NCBI GenBank assembly: GCA_050613775.1
Contig: JBODTK010000115.1
Span: 496,001 to 521,318 of the forward strand
Length of the DNA stretch: 25,318 nucleotides
Direction of reading: 5' to 3'
Origin: Neocallimastix sp. 'constans'
Taxonomy: Eukaryota
Below are positions 12,050 through 22,708 of this stretch, in pieces. Each line of letters opens with the position of its first letter. The first letter of the stretch is position 1. The position numbers and the translations under genes were made by a program. Under the pieces are notes generated by a model. It saw only the letters and a program-made list of their open reading frames with translations, did no database searches and was not told where the DNA came from.

Positions 12050-12250
12050 ATGATCTTCAATTGGTTGCGCAAGCCCTGCTGGCCTTGTCTTACTGTTTCT
12101 TCAGCATTGACGCTCTTGATAGTAGTAGTAGTTAACGATTCGATTTGAAACCTATTGAACCAAGACCATTGCTGGCCAATTAACAATAGGTATCATCGAT
12201 TGAAGAAGTGAGTGTCGCAGTAACCACTAAGAATGGAGTATATCAGAACC
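12050..12250 (-). mobile_element. Possible 3'-terminal fragment of a related LINE
   Basis: A GC-richer island. The minus-strand mosaic translation LLQSMIPIVN/GQQWSWFNRF/.../TTTIKSVNAEETVRQ parallels KIIPIII/SLELLYNRFNNKPFSTKSVD at about 24507-24593 in the LINE remnant. The similarity was judged by eye only. Confidence 0.4.
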
Positions 12251-12271
12251 TTTTAAAAGGAATAAATGAAA

Positions 12272-12302
<31 letters not shown>

Positions 12303-12570
12303 TTTAATATTAATATTAATAATAATAATAATTATTATTTTTATTATCTTATTTTATTATTATTTTTATATATATATATTTTAAATTTTTTTTTTTTTTT
12401 TTTTTTTTATATTAATAATAATAATAATAATAATAATAATTATTATTATTATTATTATCTTAAATTATTATTGTTATATATATATATTTTAAATTTTTTT
12501 TTTTTTTTCTCTTTCTTTTCTGTAGTCGCTTCTTAAAGTTTACTTTTTCACTTTGGTGTGTTTACTGGAA

Positions 12571-12585
12571 TATCAATTATTGGAA

Positions 12586-12616
<31 letters not shown>

Positions 12617-12720
12617 AAAAAAAAAACCTATCAATAATTGGAATAAATAAATAAATAAATAAAAAAAAAAAAAACCTATCAATAATTGGAATAAATAAAT
12701 AAATAAATAAATAAAATAAA
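12571..12720. repeat. Triplicated TATCAATAATTGGAATAAATAAAT-(AAAT)n-(A)n-CC unit
   Basis: Copies start at about 12571, 12629 and 12677, with variable microsatellite and homopolymer lengths. Confidence 0.85.
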
Positions 12721-12869
12721 TAAATAATTAAAAAAAAAAAAGAAAAAAAAAATCCAAATGATAAGGACGGTAATTCCAAGGTCCATGGAGAGTTGATGGA
12801 AAAAGGAATAGCCTATATATCAGGTGTACCAATGACAGTTATCTGTAATTCTGATGATAATCGATGATT

Positions 12870-12915
<46 letters not shown>

Positions 12916-13189
12916 CAATTAGAAAACCAAAATCTCATAGATAAAAAAAAAAAAAAAAAAAAAAAAGAGAGAAAATATTAGATTATTCATAATAACAAAA
13001 TATTGACTATAATTAGACATTTGAATTATAATAAAAATTATTTGTTTTTTGTAAAGTATATATTAGTATCTATTAATTAAGTTTGTGGCCATTATTGCTA
13101 ACTTATTATAACTAATTTAATAACTAACATACTTATCAACCACGACGATCAAAAAAATAATAAATACAAATAATTAATACTGAGTTTTA

Positions 13190-13545
13190 ACAAATTAGAT
13201 ACTTAATGTTAATCCTACAAATTCAGAGATTATTATAATTTTATCAACATTTAACAATTTTAAGCATTCTTAAACATAAAATCTATTTCTATCAATATTT
13301 ATCCAGTATCTAGGATGTAAAAATTGTTAGTTATATATATAATAATTGTAAAATTTATATTGTTAAGAATTTAAATTTATATCATGCTTATAAAAAAAAA
13401 AAAAAAAAATAATATCTATAATTATAACTATTATTTTTTACAATATATATTTAATGACAATATCATATGTTGAATCTATTTTTAATTTTTTAGATTTTGT
13501 TGGTTCAATAATTTCGTATGGAAATTAGTTATGAAAATGTCTATT
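13190..13545 (-). pseudogene. Possible leucine-rich-repeat protein relic
   Basis: The minus strand at about 13535-13450 reads *FPYEIIEPTKSKKLKIDS, resembling the LRR pattern LxxFPxEIxxLxxLxxLxL. A second weak patch (EFVGLT/.KYL) lies near 13230-13195. Highly degenerate. Confidence 0.25.
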
Positions 13546-13589
13546 GTTTTTTTTTTTTGAGAATTTTAAGTTAATCAGTATATTCATGG

Positions 13590-14140
13590 TATACAGTAAA
13601 GTAATTAAAGTAATTGTAGTAAGGATTAAGTTCAGTGATAATAATTTAGAAGTACATGCATCACTATTATTTCAAGCTTCCTTATATGCTTTCCCGCAAT
13701 ATATATAGGAAGGGTGTGGTTTCGGATAGATAACATCGCAAAGCATCACATATGTATCATTTTAGTTAAAACACAACGGACTTTTTATAAGAAACATTAT
13801 ATAAAACATTCTTAATCTTTATCACATTTAACAGAATCACATACTTCAATAATAGTATTATTATTACCAGTGTTACTTGGATAAATATATCTACATTTTT
13901 TTTAATTAACTCATTATCTTAACTCAATATCATCATATACGCAAGTATAAGCAATATATATTTTGTTGTATTATTGTTATTTTCTGAAAAAAATAATATA
14001 ATGAGTCATTATCATTTTAACTGATAATCAGCTTCTACACATATAATATCTTAACAATAAAAACTAGTGTATTTTTCATTTCTAATTTTTAATACTTCTA
14101 TAGATAAAAATTGATTAGTAAAAGGTTAATAAAGTGAATA
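13590..14140 (-). pseudogene. Decayed gene for a cysteine-rich, probably secreted/surface protein
   Basis: Minus-strand mosaic: EVLKIRNEKYTSFYC*DIICVEADYQL ... AYTCVYDDIEL ... KCRYIYPSNTGNNNTIIEVCDSVKCDKD*ECF ... TYVMLCDVIYPKPHPSYIYCGKAYKEA*NNSDACTSKLLSLNLILTTITLITLLY. It shows regular Cys spacing, in-frame stops (one at a likely Cys position), frameshifts and a hydrophobic tail. Confidence 0.55.
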
Positions 14141-14378
14141 TAAATAAATAAATAAATATATATATATATATAAATATAATATGAAAATAATATTTATAAA
14201 TTATATTTTAATTATAAAATCTGTTTATAAATGCTTAAAATATATATATATATATATCATTTATTGGTTTAAGATATAATAAGGAATATATTTATAATAT
14301 TTATATAAATAAAATAAAATAAATAAATTAATAAAAATAATAAATCAATATTTTTTTATATTTTTTTTTTTATTTAAT

Positions 14379-14417
<39 letters not shown>

Positions 14418-14597
14418 TGTTTATTTTATATGCTAATTATATATATTTTAAATCATGAATCATTTTTCATTTACAATATAAAAATTAATAGGAAAAAAGA
14501 AAAAATTTTTTAAACATCACTTTTATAAATGATTAAATATAAAATAAATTTAGTATAAAAAAAGAAAAAAAAATTTTTTTTAAACAATTTCCCTAAA

Positions 14598-15550
14598 TTA
14601 CATATATCCTTTAGCAATTTCTTCAACAATCTTTTTACATGGATCAATAGACTTAATTAGTGGAGCAAGATTAGAAACGGAATTTACACTAGCATCAAGA
14701 TTACCCTTAATTAAACCCTCATAGAAAGAACCTGTCGTTGGATCAAAGTCATTTTTTTTATTAGCAAGAAAACCATCTTTTCCAATTTTATGAGGTGTAG
14801 TTCTATATCTTGCTAAACCATTCATAATGGTATAGACGATATAGTCATCAGGATGAGTTTTTAAGATATCTTGTTTAACATTTAAGGCTGCTGGATTTTC
14901 TTCAGATAAAATTAATCTTGTTCCAACAAAAGCACCTTCTGCACCAACAACGGCAGATGCTTTAGCCATCGTTTCATTAACAATACCACCAGCAGCAAGA
15001 ATTGGAACTTTAACAGCTTCCTTAAGGAGGGCGACTTGGGCAAAAGTACCAGTAGAAAGACGTGGCATAGTACCACCTTCATCACAACCCGTAGCAACAA
15101 TAATATCAGCACCTGCTTTTACGGCTTTTTGGGCTCCTCTTACTGAAGGATTTATTTCTCTGACTATGACGGTGAAACCATCTTCTTTTAATTTCGCAAT
15201 CTCTTCTTCACTAGTTTCCCCTACAAAAACAATGGTTTTAACCCCTTCTTCTTTACACAATTCTATTGTAGCCTTACTAAAGCCATAGGGATCAAAAGCT
15301 TTAGGAAAAGCATTAAAACCAAAAGGTTTATCAGTAAGTCTTCTCATTTCTTGAATAGATTTTCTATATTCAACCACCATATCTTTCACCGAATTCACAG
15401 TTTTTTTAAACCACAACATACTCCAAGAACACCAAGACCTCCTGCATTAGAAACAGCAGCACAAAACTTTGGTGAAGTTAACCAATATAATGGTGCTTGT
15501 ACCACTGGCTTTGTAATACCAAGAATTTTACAAACTCTGTTTGATGCCAT
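14598..15550 (-). CDS. Nitronate monooxygenase (2-nitropropane dioxygenase)/FabK-like FMN-dependent TIM-barrel oxidoreductase, about 317 aa if the single -1 frameshift at 15401-15410 is corrected
   Basis: The true start is ATG 15550 (AAAATGG), giving MASNRVCKILGITKPVVQAPLYWLTSPKFCAAVSNAGGLGVLG, the typical family N-terminus. That frame stops at TGA 15397-15395. The -1 frame carries LTDKPFGFN, AGADIIVATGCDEGGT, PILAAGGI and GAEGAFVGTRLILSEE through to TAA 14600-14598. The span is 953 nt; one extra base gives 318 codons. Intronless. It could be an intact gene with an assembly error, a young pseudogene or a recoded gene. Confidence 0.88.
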
Positions 15551-15802
15551 TTTTATTTCTATTTAAATTAAATATTTATTTTTATTTTTATTTATTTTTT
15601 TTTTTTTTTTTTTTTAATAAAAATTATTAAAATTTTTTAAATATGCTTATAATTTATTTATATATATATATATATTTATGTGGTTTTTTGTCAAAAATTA
15701 AAAACTATGAGACTATTCAAATCTATTTATAATTTTTGGATAATACATTATTTACATTACGTATATTTAGATGCTTTTTTATTTTTTATTTTTTTTTTTT
15801 TT

Positions 15803-15837
<35 letters not shown>

Positions 15838-16225
15838 ATTCTGTCTTTGAAATGTCATAAAATATTAATGGAATGGTATTTGCTTTACTACATTTTATTA
15901 TTGTTATGTAATATAATATATGGAATATCAATTATCAATAATAAACGTTTTAATATGTATTGGCTGTATTAATTACTAAGTTCACTACATTTTAACAACT
16001 TAAATGAACTATTTTTAATTAATTAATGCTATTAAATTAATTAAAATTTTAATAATACATATCAATAACTAACCTTAAAAACTTTATTTTATTTTAATTA
16101 ATAAATTTTCAAAGCTATTAGTAATTAAGCGGAAATAGTGTGGATGCTTTATATATAATACTAATTATTTTTTTATATTCAACCATTTAAATTCTAGTTA
16201 TCAAATTTGTAATTTACTATAAGCA

Positions 16226-16520
16226 GATGTTTATAATAATGTACATAAATAAAAGTTAAGCAAGTTGTATATTATGTATCTGTTTATAATATTGTACGTA
16301 AGATTTAAATATTAATGTTAAGCAAGTTGAATCTATTTATCTGTTTACAATATTTTACGTAAAACATAAATATTCAGGTTAAGCAAGTTGTATATATTTA
16401 TCTGTTTACAATATTTTACGTAAAACATAAAATATTCAGGTTAAGCAAGTTGTATATATTTATCTGTTTACAATATTGTACGTAAAACATAAATATTCAG
16501 GTTAAGCAAGTTGTATATAT
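16226..16520. repeat. Minisatellite, 61-62 bp unit, about 4.5 copies plus a degenerate copy at about 16605-16660
   Basis: GTTAAGCAAGTTG recurs at 16255, 16317, 16378, 16440 and 16501. Consensus: GTTAAGCAAGTTGTATATATTTATCTGTTTACAATATTTTACGTAAAACATAAATATTCAG. Confidence 0.92.
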
Positions 16521-17465
16521 TTGGTTATTTCATTGTACTTAAATATTATTAAATAAAAGTATGTTAATATTTGTATTTATTAATATTACAATATAATAAA
16601 CTTATTTAAGTAAGTTGTATAGTATATATCTGTTTATAATATTGTTGTTAAATACAAATACAAGGACTCAAAAGTCATTTACACTGATCTTATTCCTTAT
16701 GTATTTAAAAAAAAAAAAAAAAAAAAAATTTATGGACTTTAACCTATGAATATTATTACTATAGTATTAAATATAAATACAATAATTTTTACTTTATTAT
16801 ATTTAATAATACCAAATTTAAAAAGAAATATTTAAATATTAGATAAATAATATATAAAAAATAAATAAAAGAAGAATAAGTTGCTTAAGTAATATAAAAA
16901 AAAAAAAAAATAAAGAATGCTTTTAAATTTAATATAATTAAATAATTATTTTGTTATAATTATTAATATTTTAATTTTTATATTAATAAATTTATTTATT
17001 ATATATTATTATTAAATATTTTATAATATCTTTAAAAAAGATGTATATATTTAAAAGTATTAGTATTTGAAAATATAAAATATTATTTATATTATATAAA
17101 ATATATCTGACACAAAAATTTATATTAATTTAAGTTTATAAATAAAAAAATATAACTTTTATTTGTAACTTTTCTCTCTAATATAAAGGTTTCTTATTTA
17201 ATAAATTTCATATTTTAAAGAATAATAAAATTTTAATAACATATTTTTAAAAATTAATTATATTGTAATATATTATATTATAAAAATATAATTTTAATTT
17301 GTTTAATGTATACATTTAAATTGTATACAATTTGTATTTGTTTATTTTTTTTATAACAATTTATGAAATTTTTATACTTTTTTTATTAGTTTTATTTATT
17401 ATTTTATTTATTTAATAATATATATAGTGTTTAAGCCACATTTAAATGCAAAAATAAAGCCACAT

Positions 17466-17740
17466 TGTAACACTCCTAAATACAAGTTTTATGTTCCAGT
17501 TTGCTTATTTCAACAATTCAACCCAGCCAGTAATCTTGTCTATAGCGAACCACAATTAAGATAGGGTATCAGTACTGATGATGGTGAAATTGATGACGTT
17601 AATAAGAAGGACATTGCTCTTCAAGAAGGTATTCACATTATTCGTTACTACTAATGTGATCCAAACCTTAATAAGAATGACTCGCTAAAAAGAGTGAATT
17701 AGCCACTGTCTACGGTAATCCACTCGAAAGTACTTTAATT
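17466..17740 (+). pseudogene. Unidentified decayed coding fragment followed by a poly(A) run
   Basis: GC-richer island. One frame reads CNTPKYKFYVPVCLFQQFNPASNLVYSEPQLR*GISTDDGEIDDVNKKDIALQEGIHIIRYY*CDPNLNKNDSLKRVN*, with coding-like codons (AAC, TAC, AAG, GGT). No family recognised. Confidence 0.35.
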
Positions 17741-17847
17741 CAGTAAATTTTACAATACAAAAAAAAAAAAAAAAAAAAAGAAAAAATATAGTAACAATCT
17801 GTAATAAAAGTTTTGCAGAAATTAAATATATATATATAAAGGATAAG

Positions 17848-17909
<62 letters not shown>

Positions 17910-18214
17910 AAAGAATAATTTATGTATATATATAAAACTTTTTCGACAAAAAAAAAAAAAAAGTATTGACCTCATTAGAATATAATTATAAATGTTAATA
18001 GAAAAAGAATTTCCACAATTTTTTAGTATTTAATAAGTAAAATAAAAAAAGTATAAAGCCAAAATATATATATATATATATTAAGTTTTGACATTTTTTT
18101 AGTATATTTATTTTAATTAAATTTTAATTTATTAAATATAAATAAAATTATTTAATTAATATGGTAAATATAAAATAAAAAAAAAAAGAATTTTTTTTTT
18201 TTAATTTGTTCTCT

Positions 18215-18380
18215 CCTTAGCACTTTATTCCAAAAGATAGTCTACAATAATTTTTAGATTCCGATGTCAACATTTAAAGTTTCTATGGTATAATTATCAT
18301 TCTAATTATATCTATTGACAACTATATTCACATCCGCACCATGTTCCACTAGATATTTTATAATACGTTTAAACTTACAG
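18215..18380 (-). pseudogene. Ankyrin-repeat protein relic
   Basis: 18364-18326 (minus) encodes IIKYLVEHGADVN, the canonical second helix and loop of an ankyrin repeat. A second, broken repeat HRNLKIIVDYLLE*SAK follows in another frame at about 18265-18215. In-frame stops are present and no intact ORF surrounds it. Confidence 0.7.
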
Positions 18381-18694
18381 TATCAGATGGTATGAGTATA
18401 CCATCAACATTCCAATTAACCATATTATTATTACAGGAATATAAATTTCAACAATTACAAACTTCTCAATCTCTTTTTTTTTCTATAAAACTCAAAAAAT
18501 AATTAGTTTTATTCCCAAAGTTCTTTAATTTTATTTTAAAATATCTTTAGAAATGATGATTGGTTTAAATAATGTTATTGATTGGTTATTTATTGTTTTC
18601 AATATTTATGGTAATAGAAATAATAAAATTAATAAAATTTCTGTATAATCCAATTAATTAAATAATTAATTAATTTAGATTTTTATTTAAATAA

Positions 18695-18740
<46 letters not shown>

Positions 18741-18872
18741 TAATTAAGCCATTATAATATATAAATATATATTTTCGATTTATATATTATATACCAAAAA
18801 AAAAAAAAAAAGTATTAATATTTATAGTTTATTATTTAACATATTTGAATAATATATATATTAAATATAATA

Positions 18873-18909
<37 letters not shown>

Positions 18910-19713
18910 GTAGTAATCAAAGAATATTTTAATTAATTTAAAATATAAAGCAGTAATAACAACTGAAGTTATTATATAGTTAATAAGTATATATCAATTT
19001 TATATATATATATTTTTTTATTAAAAAAAAAATAGTATGTAAAGGAAGCAATATTTCATATACATATATATGTACAATAATATTTATTTAAAATAAACAT
19101 GTTTGTCTGTGGTATTATTAAATAAATAAATAAATAACAAAGAAAAGAAAATTTCTTTTATTTATAAACAAATGATAATGACAAATTATATTGATATGTT
19201 AAATACCGAAATATCTTTTTTGTAATGGATGAATATTAATATGAAAATATAATTAATTCTAAGTCAATATAAACAATTAATTATATAATAATTATAATAA
19301 ATTTAATAAATATGAGTATATATAAAATATAGAATCTATAATAAGAATTTCAATATATATTATAAAATCCAATTTGTATAAACAATTGTTTTTGTTTCTC
19401 GAAAATTATTAAGTCTTCGTATTTTTTTTTTTTTTTTTTTTTTTTTGAATTTGAAATTTATTATTTTTAAATGTCAATTTTATAAATAATATTATTAAAA
19501 GTGAAAAGAATCTAAGAAAAAAAAAAAGTATATTATGAATTATATTTTAAAAAATAGAAAAAAAAAAAATGAATATTAAAATTTTAAAATTTTACTTTTT
19601 TAATACTAATTACTATATATATATATTTATTTATTTTGAAAATAATAACAATATCAAAATATAATCTTAATAAAAGTAATAACAATAAGTTAATAATAAT
19701 TAAATATTTCAAG

Positions 19714-20932
19714 ATGGAGGAAGAAACTGTCACAGTTCCAATTTCAAAGGATAATCAGAACAATGAAATTGATAAGTCATTTTTCCAATGTCGTATGTAC
19801 GAAAACAAGTTTCCAGAAGTAGATGATTTAGTTATGGTCAATGTAGTTCAAATTGCTGATATGGGTGCTTATGTTCACCTTTTGGAATACAACAATACCG
19901 AAGGTATGATCTTATTAAGTGAACTTTCTAGAAGACGTATTAGAAGTATTCAAAAATTAATTCGTGTTGGTAGAAATGAAGTAGTTGTTGTTCTCAGAGT
20001 CGATACTGAAAAGGGTAATTTAATATTATGTTTATTATTGTGTTGATATCTTTAAAGTTTATTTTTTTTAAAAAAGTTTTTTTATATATTTATATTTATA
20101 TTTATATTTATATTTATATTTATATTTATATTTATATTTATATTTATATTTATATTAATATTTATATTTATATATTATTATATTATATTATTTAATATAT
20201 ATTTTTTTTCTGACATTTTTTAAAAATGGATTTGAAAAAATAATGGAATTGATTGAAAAATTAATTTTTATTTATTTAATAATATATTTATGTATATATA
20301 TTATTGTTAATTAAATTATAAATATAATAATAATAAAAGGTTATATTGATCTTTCCAAGAGACGTGTTTCTGCTGAAGATATTCAAAAATGTGAAGAAAA
20401 ATTCACTAAATCTAAGACTGTAAAAATTGCTTTTTTTTTTTTTTTATAATAATTTTTATTATTATTATTATTATTATTTTAATTTTCTAAAAAATTGAAA
20501 TTTCAAAAAAAGAAAAAAAAATTAAAATTCAATTTATCTTTTATATATTTAAATTCAATTTGTATTTTAATTTAATTTATATTAATATATATATTTATTA
20601 TTTATTATTTTATTTATTTATATTATTACTTTTTTAACAGGTTCACAGTATTATGAGACACGTTGCCGAAAAACAATACAAGACTTATGGTAAATCTCTT
20701 GAAGATTTATATGTTCAAATTGGTTGGCCATTATACAGAAAATACGGTCATGCCTATGATGCTTTCAAGGCTGCTATTTAGTAAGAATTTAAAAAAATAT
20801 AATTAAATAGAATAAAAAAAAAATGTATATATAAGAGAAGAATATTTATATATCATCTTATATATTTTATATACAATTAATAACAATAATAATATTAAAA
20901 ATAATATATATATTGAAATATTAATATTGTAA

Positions 20933-20977
<45 letters not shown>

Positions 20978-21264
20978 TTAAATATTAGTGAACCAGATAA
21001 GGTTTTTGAAGGATTAGAAATTGAACCTGAAATTCGTGCTGAACTTTTAAAGAATATTAAACGTAGAATGACTCCACAACCAATAAAGCTTCGTGGTGGT
21101 AAATAATTTAATTTTAAAAAATAAAATAATTTTTTAAATAAATTTAATATATATATATATATTTTGTATATGAATGAAAATAAGAAATTATATAAAAATT
21201 TAATTAAATAAATAATTAACAATAATATATTATTATTATTATTGTAATCTTTATATATATACAT

Positions 21265-21307
<43 letters not shown>

Positions 21308-22118
21308 TTTAAATTAGATATTGAACTTACCTGTTTTGGTTATGCTGGTATTGATGCTATTAAGGAATCTCTTAAGATTGGTGAAGCTTGTTCAGTTAAA
21401 TATGAATTAACTCCAGAAGAAAAGGAAGAATTAGAAAAATCAAAACAAACTAACATTAATGATATTATAATTAAGGTAAATAATAATAATGAAAAAAATA
21501 ATAATAATAACAATAATCATAATAAAAATAAGTTAATATATATAATTTAAATAATAATATATATTTTTTTCCAAAAATATAATTAAATATATTATTTATA
21601 TATTTATATATATATTTGTCTATTTATATTTATTTGTTATTATTATAACTATTATTATCATTATTATTTTTTTTTATTGAATAGATTAAGCTTGTTGCTC
21701 CACCATTATATGTTATGACTGCTCATGCTACTGATAAAGCTCTTGGTATTGAAACCTTAGAAAAGGCTATTGCTGCCATTGAAGAAAATATTAAAAAGTA
21801 TAATGGTTCATTAACTGTTAAGATGAGTGTAAGTAAAAAGTAAATTAATATAAAATAACAAATATACATTAAAAGTATAAAAATATAAATAAGTATATTT
21901 TAGAAATGTAATTAAATTTGAAATTAAATTTTTATTTTTTATTATTCATTTTAAATAAAATAATTTAAATATTAAATATATATGTATAAATAATAAAAAA
22001 TATAAAATAGCCAAGAGCCGTTAGTGAAAGCGATGAATTAGAATTACAAAAACTTTTGGATAGAGCTGAACGCGAAAATGCTGAAGTTTCTGCTGATGAA
22101 GATGATGATAGTGATTAA
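19714..22118 (+). CDS. SUI2: Eukaryotic translation initiation factor 2 subunit alpha (eIF2-alpha), 7 exons, 346 aa
   Basis: Exons: 19714-20014, 20340-20419, 20641-20780, 20989-21098, 21318-21475, 21685-21828, 22011-22118. All six introns are GT-AG, phases match, and the total is 1041 nt. The protein has [17 protein letters not shown], the Ser51 loop [84 protein letters not shown] and the acidic tail [14 protein letters not shown]. Confidence 0.97.
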
Positions 22119-22486
22119 GAGGCTTCATAATTAGGGGAAAAATAATAATAATAACGAATAAAAAAAAAAAAATCTAATTTTAATTTATTAATATTTTTTC
22201 ATTTTTTATTTTTATTTTTATTATTTTTTTTTTATGTCACTTTAAATTCATATTTTAATATCTATATAAAAATTAATATATATATTTTTTTTAAATACGT
22301 TTTATAATATTATTTTAATTTTGTTATTATTTATATATATTCTTAAAATTTCTTTTAATTATACTATACGATAGAAAAGAGAAAAAAAAATTATTTAGAA
22401 TTTTATAAATAACAAATATAAATTAATCTAATTCTTTTTTTTTTTTTTTTAACCAACCAAAAAATAATTTTTAAAAAATATAAATT

Positions 22487-22641
22487 AAAAATAAAATAAA
22501 ATAAAATAAAATAAAATAAAATAAAATAAAATAAAATAAAATAAAATAAAATAAAATAAAATAAAATATAAAATAATAATAATAAAAAAAAAAAAGGAAA
22601 TAAAAGAAAAATATATAACTTTATATTAACATTTATTTAAC

Positions 22642-22706
<65 letters not shown>
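22487..22706. repeat. (ATAAA)n and (ATT)n microsatellites downstream of eIF2-alpha
   Basis: Perfect ATAAA array at about 22490-22566 and ATT array at about 22643-22706. Confidence 0.9.

Positions 22707-22708
<2 letters not shown>

Noticed and set aside
12755..12875. GC-richer island, considered as an integrase fragment or a box C/D snoRNA
   Set aside because: There is no convincing integrase motif in any frame, and no properly arranged C and D boxes with a terminal stem or recognisable guide.
14598..15419. ORF-track 273-aa protein starting MLWFKK as the complete gene
   Set aside because: It lacks the conserved N-terminal strand and AAVSNAGGLG motif, which are encoded upstream in another frame from ATG 15550.
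15340..15421. GTATGT donor-like site just before the flavoenzyme frameshift, suggesting that an intron repairs the frame
   Set aside because: The next AGs give introns of 39, 58, 72, 79 and 82 nt. None has the required length (2 mod 3), and longer ones would delete the conserved LTDKPFG motif.
4433..15566. Overlapping alternative-frame or antisense ORFs (4433-4687, 10192-10422, 10854-11105, 14912-15112, 15351-15566)
   Set aside because: They are shadows of the real coding regions, with no independent features.
16226..16520. CRISPR-like array
   Set aside because: Whole units repeat with no unique spacers, there are no cas genes, and the context is eukaryotic.
19636..20046. 136-aa ORF from a TTG start
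   Set aside because: It is eIF2-alpha exon 1 extended into the 5' UTR and intron 1. The real start is ATG 19714 and the donor is at 20015.
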